Both the position numbers and the translations under genes were made by a program. A stretch of 64,000 nucleotides of DNA, from contig CAVPHZ010000001.1 in NCBI GenBank assembly GCA_963704905.1, positions 1,089 to 65,088 of the forward strand, in the 5' to 3' direction. Of the stretch, positions 57,411-64,000 are shown in pieces; position 1 is the stretch's first letter, and each line of letters starts with the position of its first letter. The DNA is from Candidatus Chisholmbacteria bacterium. Its GTDB lineage: Bacteria; Patescibacteriota; Microgenomatia; UBA1400; Chisholmbacteraceae. Below the pieces are notes generated by a model. The model was given only the letters and a program-made list of their open reading frames with translations. It searched no databases and was not told the origin of the DNA.

Positions 57411-57905
57411 CTAGTTGATTACATTGGCTGATAATGAGAATTCTAGATTGGAATTATTTTGGTCATTGGTTTCTACTGACACAATTCTAGTTATCTGTCC
57501 TGTTCCTGATGGACCATGAAAAGCAGGGTCGAAGGTTACGACAAGTTCGGCTTCCTGACCAGGTTCAAGTTCACCGAGCCAAGATGAATTTGAATGCATT
57601 CCGAAGTATGGACTTTGTTGTCCATTGATGATGACCTTCGCTTCAGTGCACATACATGACGTTTTAATATTGGCTAACTGAAGTGGGCTGGATCCTGAAT
57701 TTTTTATCATGAAGCTCTTATGTACGACCCCGCCAGTTAAGGTAATTGTTCCCCAATCGTGGGTTGATTCTTGTATTTCTGCCTGAGCTTGTGCAGTCGT
57801 TTCAATTCGTGGTGGACTTGGCGCTCTTGAAGCAAGGACTACGCCACCTATAAGTAATAGTACTGTAGCTCCTACCACCAGAGAAACAATTTTTGAATTA
57901 CTCAA
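57411..57905 (-). CDS. DUF1573-family protein, membrane-anchored (C-x-C variant SCMCT)
   Basis: N-terminal TM, then IKTSCMCTEAKV..VVTFDPAFHGPSGTGQITRIVSVETNDQ..LEFSLSANVIN. Confidence 0.5.
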   Translation of the reverse strand: MSNSKIVSLVVGATVLLLIGGVVLASRAPSPPRIETTAQAQAEIQESTHDWGTITLTGGVVHKSFMIKNSGSSPLQLANIKTSCMCTEAKVIINGQQSPYFGMHSNSSWLGELEPGQEAELVVTFDPAFHGPSGTGQITRIVSVETNDQNNSNLEFSLSANVIN

Positions 57906-58402
57906 TTTTTTCTCCTCTTATTTATGTACTTCTTTCTATCTTTTATAAACTTTTCTTTACATCCAGAAGCACAGAAATAATACGCTTCCTTGTTTAGATT
58001 TACCGCTACTGCGGCGGTTTTTGGACTCAGTCTCATGCCACAAACAGGGTCGATCACAACTGGAACCAGATCTTTCATTCTCCATTTAAGTTCCTCTGAA
58101 AGAATGACATCATCTTTTTGTTGATCGAGAAGCATTTCGCGAAATAAATCTGAGGCTTTGACAATGTTTGGATGAGAAAGTTTGTAGTAGATCGCCGTGC
58201 CGTTCCTCCGAGTTTCTACTACACCATGTTCTCGAAGAACTGACAGATGTTGAGACAGATTCGCCTGGGGAAGTCCAAGCATATCTTGCATTTCTGAAAC
58301 TGAGAGCTCTTGATCGCGAAGAAGGTGGATTATTTCAACACGTTTTTGACTGGCAAGGGCTTTATAGAGCATCTCGTGAAGTTTAAATACTTTGTTATAC
58401 AT
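57902..58402 (-). CDS. ArsR-family HTH regulator fused to a C-terminal TRASH/YHS metal-binding domain
   Basis: ArsR HTH (LASQKRVEIIHLLRDQELSVSEMQDMLGLPQANLSQHLSVLREHGVV), then DPVCGMRL...YYFCASGCKEKF, the TRASH/YHS Cys pattern. Confidence 0.75.
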   Translation of the reverse strand: MYNKVFKLHEMLYKALASQKRVEIIHLLRDQELSVSEMQDMLGLPQANLSQHLSVLREHGVVETRRNGTAIYYKLSHPNIVKASDLFREMLLDQQKDDVILSEELKWRMKDLVPVVIDPVCGMRLSPKTAAVAVNLNKEAYYFCASGCKEKFIKDRKKYINKRRKN

Positions 58403-58503
58403 GTTTATATTCGCATATACGAATATTTAAGAGTATATTTATTCAAGATTAATCTGTCAAGCAGTAATTGGAGTAAATATTTGTAGAATAAACCGGTCTA
58501 GGC

Positions 58504-59385
58504 CTATTGAAGTATTGATGATGCGTCAAAAAGGAAGTCTTCCGATCCGACTATTTTTGGCATGACACCATCCCATTTTTCGATAAAGAGTTTTTGGTTA
58601 TCGAGCTTAATTTTTTCAAGGACTTGTGCATCCAGAGTCTGCCTTTGCAATCGCTGTTCTTCAGCTTGCCCTTCCGCTTTAGTGATTCTTGCTTCCTTCT
58701 GGAATTTCGCCTGCTCAGCAATATTTTCTTCTGTTTCTACCTTTACGGCTTCTATCTGTTTGGTCTCGATCGCACTGATGTATTGATCTGTAAATTTTAT
58801 CTCACGTATCCCAACAGAATCTAAAACAAGCCCATTGTCTTCAAACGTGTTTTTGAGTGCATTGAATATTTCATTTTGGACTTGCACCGAACCATCACCG
58901 GTGTATAGCGTATCTGCAGTAAATCTTCTAGGAATGTTTCTTGCCCAAATTCTTGATTCGGTTTTGACTACCTTTTCCACTAGTGATGTTTCTGAGCCGA
59001 TATTCTGCGCTACCCAAGCTGCCTTGGTCCGGTCAATATTAAATCGAACGGTATAAAAGATATTTACTTGCTGTCCGTCTTCTGTATTTGTATCCACTGG
59101 TTCATCTTTGTAGTCTGCCTCGGATGATCTTTGTTTTTCTGCTGTAGTAGTTTCATAGATAATTTTTTTTGTATTATATGTTGTTACGCGTTCAACTAGA
59201 GGAATAACAAAATGTGGACCAGGATCCAATACGCGGCCAGTAACTTTTCCAAATCGGGTTACGACTCCAACTTCCCCGGCTGAGACGATCTTGAATGAGA
59301 GGAGCATGACTGTGATCGGGAGGAGAATGTAAACGATGTATTTTTTTACTTCGCTGAGCTCTGGAATTCTAAAATAGGTTTCCAT
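58504..59385 (-). CDS. SPFH/band-7 (prohibitin / HflC-like) membrane protein
   Basis: N-terminal TM, then VVTRFGKVTGRVLDPGPHFVIPLVERV and a coiled-coil C-terminus. Confidence 0.8.
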   Translation of the reverse strand: METYFRIPELSEVKKYIVYILLPITVMLLSFKIVSAGEVGVVTRFGKVTGRVLDPGPHFVIPLVERVTTYNTKKIIYETTTAEKQRSSEADYKDEPVDTNTEDGQQVNIFYTVRFNIDRTKAAWVAQNIGSETSLVEKVVKTESRIWARNIPRRFTADTLYTGDGSVQVQNEIFNALKNTFEDNGLVLDSVGIREIKFTDQYISAIETKQIEAVKVETEENIAEQAKFQKEARITKAEGQAEEQRLQRQTLDAQVLEKIKLDNQKLFIEKWDGVMPKIVGSEDFLFDASSILQ

Positions 59386-59560
59386 CGCTTGGATAGTATC
59401 ATATCTTATAGGATTAGTAAAATTCTATTTTAAATACAAACCTATTCGTATGAAAAAGCAAGTTGATTATTGTGCTCTAGGTAACAGGTAAGTTGGTACC
59501 AATTCACCATGATGATGAAAGATTACTTATTGAATCACTTTTGATTGGCGGTGATACTAT

Positions 59561-59776
59561 ATGGATAACGATCATAACTCAACCTCACATTCAATGACTT
59601 GTCCAGTTGAAGGATGCGGTCGTCGAATTGAAGTTCATGCGCACAATGATGATGATGCTGTCATGAAAATAATGCAAGCTGGGAAGGCTCACTTTGGTGA
59701 AATGCACCCAGGTGCTACTGGTATGTCACCTGAAGAAATGGAAAGTATGACGCGAAAATTAATGAAAAAGCACTAA
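59561..59776 (+). CDS. DUF1059-like small metal-binding protein
   Basis: 71 aa. MTCPVEGCGRRIEVHAHNDDDAVMKIMQAGKAHFGEMHP fits the C..GC...H...H pattern of DUF1059. Confidence 0.4.
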   Translation: MDNDHNSTSHSMTCPVEGCGRRIEVHAHNDDDAVMKIMQAGKAHFGEMHPGATGMSPEEMESMTRKLMKKH

Positions 59777-60017
59777 TAAATGCTTAGTGAAAGTAAAAAA
59801 TATTAGCTCTCCCTCCCAGGACGAACTCAAGATATGGAACCTTTTTTAAAGTGAATTCGTATATTGATTTTCTTCTGGCTTCTTCGTAATATGTCTCTAA
59901 GAAGTTGTGTTTAAGGAATCTGGTGAAATTCCAGAACTGTGCCGCAACTGTAATCCGACTTAAAGCTCGGTAAGTCAGAAAACTAACAACTTCTAGTATC
60001 CCGAGCAGGAGAAATTC

Positions 60018-60917
60018 ATGTCGAAAGAACTTCATCAATTCACGCAAGCTGTACTAGAATTTCCCCCTCCGCAACGCTTTGAAGAACTCGCATCTGAAAT
60101 TCATGAGACTAATCGCCTTCCCGATCCATATCTATTTGTGTTTGACGAGCAGACAAATCAGTTTATTACGCCAGCTGGAGAGTCTGTAGTTGATAACATT
60201 GTTACTGATTCGTACTTAGGTGCAGTTGAATATTCAGCATGGCAACGAATACAAGACTGGTCAAGTAACAATGCGTCTGGATTGGCGCTTTGGTTCAGCC
60301 CACCATTTGAAAGGGAAGGTTACGAAAATTCAAAATTTATTATTCATGAACTTTCGCTTCTGGAAACTGGAGAAAAAATTATTTTCAACAGAGCAGTTAT
60401 TTTGGACATCGAAGCTCAAGAGCTTCTCGATTTGGCAAATGCTCTGTCTTCAAAAAAAATCATGAATCCTGAAATGCTCCGTTCCCAACCGTTATTTCCA
60501 AATCTGCAAGATTTTCAACACTGGTTTGCAAATGAACTATCAGGAATTACTTATCAGACTGGGATTATAGAATCTGGGCGAGATCTACTTTTAAAACGGG
60601 AGGCTTATGCCTCAGCTCAGGATATTTATTCTTCAATTGCTATAGTTGGAGAAGATCTCTTTTCATCTCAAATGTACGCTGCTGCTGTTCGTGAAGCTGA
60701 AGATCGAGAACTTATTGGTGAACATTCAAGGAGCTGTCCACCTGGTCAGTCAAAACAATCTACAGCGTTTGAAAAAGCTCTGGAATACTCTTCGAATAGT
60801 AATGAGAAAAGGCTAAATTGTACTTGTCCATTCTGTAAAAAGAAGGTTACAGCTACCATTTTAAATAATAAAATTCACTGTCCAGAATGTAAGAAGAGTG
60901 TTCCTTATGAATGTTGA
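60018..60917 (+). CDS. hypothetical protein with a C-terminal zinc ribbon
   Basis: 299 aa. The C-terminus CTCPFCKKKVTATILNNKIHCPECKK has two CxxC pairs. The rest matches no family I can name. Confidence 0.45.
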   Translation: MSKELHQFTQAVLEFPPPQRFEELASEIHETNRLPDPYLFVFDEQTNQFITPAGESVVDNIVTDSYLGAVEYSAWQRIQDWSSNNASGLALWFSPPFEREGYENSKFIIHELSLLETGEKIIFNRAVILDIEAQELLDLANALSSKKIMNPEMLRSQPLFPNLQDFQHWFANELSGITYQTGIIESGRDLLLKREAYASAQDIYSSIAIVGEDLFSSQMYAAAVREAEDRELIGEHSRSCPPGQSKQSTAFEKALEYSSNSNEKRLNCTCPFCKKKVTATILNNKIHCPECKKSVPYEC

Positions 60918-61043
60918 GTCCCATGTGAATTGTATTGTTCGTCTAAACAGCGAGCAATACCAGCTATAATTGATGTGATGAAGTCATCTGATGTTTAAAA
61001 CTCTATAGCCAATTTTAAAAGAGTAATACTGTGAATAGCTATT

Positions 61044-61811
61044 ATGAAGGTGAAAAAGCCAATCAAAGAATTGTTAAAAAGCTTAACAAATGGGATCTCT
61101 TTAGTCCTTGGAGAAAACTTACTTGGATTCTATTTAACTGGCTCTCTTACCTATGATGATTTTAATCCTTTGCGAAGTGATATTGATTTACTAGCAGTAG
61201 TGAGGAAGCCGTTAAACTCTAAGGAATTAGTACAAATTAAAAAGCTCCATCTGAAAATTGAAAATCAATTTAAGAAGTGGGCGAAACGAATTGAATGCTC
61301 ATATCTGCCGGTTGAATTGATGAAGAGCATTCTTCCGCCAAAAAAACCTCGTCCCTACTATGGTGAAGGTGTTCTTTATCCACAAGCACCATATGGCAAC
61401 GAATGGATAATCAATCAATACTTGTTATATTACTATAGTGTTGCGTTAAAAGGACCAGAATTCTCTAGCTTAGTAGACAAACCGATTGATATCAAAGATG
61501 TCCAAGATGCATGCAGGAAAGATCTCGTTGATGAATGGCAACCAAAGATACAGGAACCTAAGTATCTAAACAATAGCCATTATCAATCATATGTCATACT
61601 GAATCTCTGTCGCATTCTCTATACCATTAAAAAAGATGATGTCGCTTCAAAGTCTGTTTCATCAAAATGGGTTATTAACAATTTCGGAGATCATTGGGGA
61701 GATCTAATCAGAGAGGCTGACACTTGGAGTTATGGAAAGCAAATGAACCGAAGAGGAGAAACTATAGATTTTATTAAATTTGTTTTGGAAAAAGTTAAAA
61801 ACGTAAAATGA
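61044..61811 (+). CDS. ANT(3'')/ANT(9)-like nucleotidyltransferase (AadA fold: NTase domain plus DUF4111)
   Basis: GSLTYDDFNPLRSDIDLLAVV is the Pol-beta NTase motif (GS...D.DLL.VV). The C-terminal YVILNLCRILYTIKKDDVASKSVSSKWVI matches the DUF4111 helix of aminoglycoside adenylyltransferases. Confidence 0.6.
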   Translation: MKVKKPIKELLKSLTNGISLVLGENLLGFYLTGSLTYDDFNPLRSDIDLLAVVRKPLNSKELVQIKKLHLKIENQFKKWAKRIECSYLPVELMKSILPPKKPRPYYGEGVLYPQAPYGNEWIINQYLLYYYSVALKGPEFSSLVDKPIDIKDVQDACRKDLVDEWQPKIQEPKYLNNSHYQSYVILNLCRILYTIKKDDVASKSVSSKWVINNFGDHWGDLIREADTWSYGKQMNRRGETIDFIKFVLEKVKNVK

Positions 61812-61832
61812 AAACAATATTGAGGAGGGTAC

Positions 61833-62414
61833 ATGGCAGTTAGAAAAACTATTCAAGTTGGTCATCCAGCACTTAAAGCAAAAAATCAGGAGATTAGAAG
61901 CTTTAGGTCTCCAAAACTAAAACAACTGATTCATGATTTGAAAGACACGATGGAAGATGTTGGGCTTATCGGAATTGCCGCTCCGCAAATCGCTGAAAAT
62001 TACCAAGTCTTTCTCACACATCCAAGAAAAACTAAAGATAGGACTGGAGATGGTGATAAACTCAGGATCTATCTCAATCCTACGATAGTTACGACGTCCA
62101 AGAAGCAGAGTATTATTTATGAAGGATGCGGGAGTGTGCTGACTGGTGCTCTATTTGGTCCGGTTCAAAGACCTGCAGAAATCACTGTTGAGGCATTTGA
62201 TGAAAAAGGAGATAAATTTCAGCTATGCTGTGATGGTATTTTGGCAAGAGTAATTCAGCATGAAATCGATCATCTCAGAGGTATCGAGTTTCTTGAATGT
62301 GTACATAATTACAAACAAATGATGACAGATGAGTATTATCGACTTCGCATCAAAACCTTAAAACAACATATGAAAGCTTCAATGATTACGAAAGTGGAAT
62401 ATAAGAAGATATGA
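61833..62414 (+). CDS. def: peptide deformylase
   Basis: Motif I GIAAPQI, motif II EGCGSV, motif III QHEIDHLRG. Confidence 0.85.
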   Translation: MAVRKTIQVGHPALKAKNQEIRSFRSPKLKQLIHDLKDTMEDVGLIGIAAPQIAENYQVFLTHPRKTKDRTGDGDKLRIYLNPTIVTTSKKQSIIYEGCGSVLTGALFGPVQRPAEITVEAFDEKGDKFQLCCDGILARVIQHEIDHLRGIEFLECVHNYKQMMTDEYYRLRIKTLKQHMKASMITKVEYKKI

Positions 62415-62672
62415 TTGACACTACGAGTATGAATCAAGATAAAAATTGGAGATACCTGTTTGTAATCAAGATGTATGATTTCTTTGGAATGGATGTGACA
62501 AAAATAATTTCTGACGAAAAGAGATTTTAACGGACTGCAGATCTTGTCATTAATTCACTCGCACTTACAATACTCGGGATACTCTTTCCGATATTTTTAG
62601 TCTTTCTCGGTATTTCGTACTGATAATTCTTCTGTTTTGATATACAATGTGATCTTTCTATACGTATAGATA

Positions 62673-63062
62673 TTGTTTATATTCATTAGTGTTTATCATA
62701 TGGGAAAAGAAGCTCTCGCACATCATATTCGGAATATTGGAATGACTCTTCAAGGGGAGAGTGATGTGGGAAAAATTAAACAATGGGCTAAACAACATAC
62801 TACGCACCTAAGCAGAATGTTCGGCGAGGAATCGGGTGAGCCTATTTATCCTGGATTACAAACCCCTGATGGAAGAAAGCAGTATGCAGCTACATTAGTA
62901 GAAATGGCAGTAGCAAAAAGCGAAGGACAATTGCATGTGATTCCTGATTTTAGGCCAGATGGAGAGCCGAATTTCGACGAGCTCTGTGATCACTGTGGAA
63001 ATCGTTGTGTTGATGAATGTAGAAAATCTAATCTTCCATTTGTAATAATTGGTGGACATTAA
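62673..63062 (+). CDS. hypothetical protein with a C-terminal Cys cluster
   Basis: 129 aa. CDHCGNRCVDEC near the C-terminus. The start may be the internal Met at about 62701. Confidence 0.3.
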   Translation: MFIFISVYHMGKEALAHHIRNIGMTLQGESDVGKIKQWAKQHTTHLSRMFGEESGEPIYPGLQTPDGRKQYAATLVEMAVAKSEGQLHVIPDFRPDGEPNFDELCDHCGNRCVDECRKSNLPFVIIGGH

Positions 63063-63199
63063 TACCTCTGCTAAAGTAGCCTCTCCTACCTTACAACTGG
63101 ATTCACTATTTCTGTAGGTTGCTATATTTCTCACAGGTTTGAGATGCGATAATTTTCAGACCATTGAGATGTTCACTTTATTACTTGAAATATATTTAT

Positions 63200-63961
63200 T
63201 TAGACGGATATGTGTTCGGGAGTGAAAAAGGTTAGAAGATACATAATAACCACTCCAGCGATAAGTAGAACAATTTTTTTACTAGCATTTGCTCCCTTTT
63301 CCTCTTCTCCTACCATTGGAAGAAAGTCGCTTGCACCCAGATAGAGAAAAACTCCTGCAGATATTGCAAGAAGTATAGCGACTATTCCACGTGATTCATT
63401 TGTAAACATTAATACTAGAAAAGCACCTGGAAATGTTGCAAGTGCGGAGAGAAAGTTTGCTATAAATGTTTTTTTCTCAGACCAACCAGCAGCTACAAGA
63501 ACGCCAAAATCCCCTATCTCATGTGGTGTTTCATGAAGAAACGTGGCAAATGCAACAACGAAACCAAACATAGGATCTGTTAAGTATGCAGCTCCAATTG
63601 CGACACCATCAATGAAGTTGTGAATCGTATCACCAAACAATACCAGTGGAACTGAATGTTTTAGAGATTTTGTTTCTGGCGTTTCATGATGATGAAGATG
63701 GGCAAAAAACTGTTCAAACAGAAATGAGAGAAGAAAAGCGACAAGAAGATACAGGTACGCAGAATCTCCCAAATCGTGTACTGCCTCTGGAAGAAGATGT
63801 AAGAGTGAAACAGAAAGCAAGACACCTGCTGCAAAAGGCACAGCATATTTACACAGTGTTTGTGACCATGATTTTTTTACAAGAAACACAACTCCGCCAA
63901 TCAAGCCGGCGATGCTTCCTATTGTTGCTAACAGTAATATCGATGGAATTGAATTGCTCAT
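63200..63961 (-). CDS. ZIP-family divalent metal transporter (ZupT-like)
   Basis: HNFIDGVAIGAAY and HETPHEIGDFGVLVAAG signature helices, 8 TM helices. Confidence 0.85.
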   Translation of the reverse strand: MSNSIPSILLLATIGSIAGLIGGVVFLVKKSWSQTLCKYAVPFAAGVLLSVSLLHLLPEAVHDLGDSAYLYLLVAFLLSFLFEQFFAHLHHHETPETKSLKHSVPLVLFGDTIHNFIDGVAIGAAYLTDPMFGFVVAFATFLHETPHEIGDFGVLVAAGWSEKKTFIANFLSALATFPGAFLVLMFTNESRGIVAILLAISAGVFLYLGASDFLPMVGEEEKGANASKKIVLLIAGVVIMYLLTFFTPEHISV

Positions 63962-64000
63962 ATTTATAGTCTACCTGTAAATTCAATAAATACCAAAAAC

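Noticed and set aside
1-64000. CRISPR arrays, rRNA genes, IS transposases, phage integrases
   Set aside because: No regularly spaced direct repeats of 25-40 nt with unique spacers. No 16S/23S/5S-like conserved stretches. No DDE transposase or tyrosine recombinase motifs among the translated ORFs.

Overview
This 64-kb window is a gene-dense, low-GC bacterial chromosomal region. I support about 85 protein-coding genes, one tRNA (tRNA-Gln, anticodon CTG) and several repeat families. No rRNA gene and no CRISPR array are visible. The host is probably an uncultivated lineage: a small pilin-like protein of the Patescibacteria/CPR type and many compact small genes point that way, but the assignment is tentative. 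The main functional modules are listed below.

- **Efflux:** a MacA/MacB-like efflux triad (adaptor, ATPase, permease).
- **Methionine repair:** a co-directional run of a Met-Met repeat peptide, a CcdA-thioredoxin fusion, MsrB and MsrA.
- **Hydrogenase:** a compact two-subunit [NiFe]-hydrogenase locus with a HypC-like chaperone and a maturation protease.
- **Oxidative stress:** Fe/Mn superoxide dismutase, a glutaredoxin-like protein and a PEBP-family lipoprotein.
- **Housekeeping:** Lon, Era, Dtd, Def, endonuclease IV, a pyrimidine-dimer glycosylase-like protein and a histidine kinase / response regulator pair.
- **Probable genomic island after tRNA-Gln:** an ArsR, thioredoxin-like and ArsP-like permease module, then cargo cassettes separated by four copies of a tRNA-T-loop-like repeat and two frameshifted genes.
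- **Copper/thiol cluster:** a roughly 9.4-kb run of 12 co-directional genes. It holds a CopB-type P1B ATPase (CPH motif, His-rich N-terminus), three DUF1573 paralogs with C-x-C motifs, an ArsR-TRASH fusion, a BlaI/CopY-family repressor with an M56 peptidase, a CcdA-like protein, DsbA and a rhodanese.
- **Repeated intergenic motif:** a conserved ~31-nt motif (GGTGTTCGAAATAACTAAACGTGGGGTCAC) occurs at least four times. Two copies are followed by an identical GC hairpin, which suggests a small-RNA or regulatory element family.

Degraded genes (an MFS transporter, a ROK kinase, a sulfatase-like gene and one DUF1573 copy) indicate ongoing gene decay. All functional calls rest on motifs recognised by eye in the translated ORFs, not on database searches.
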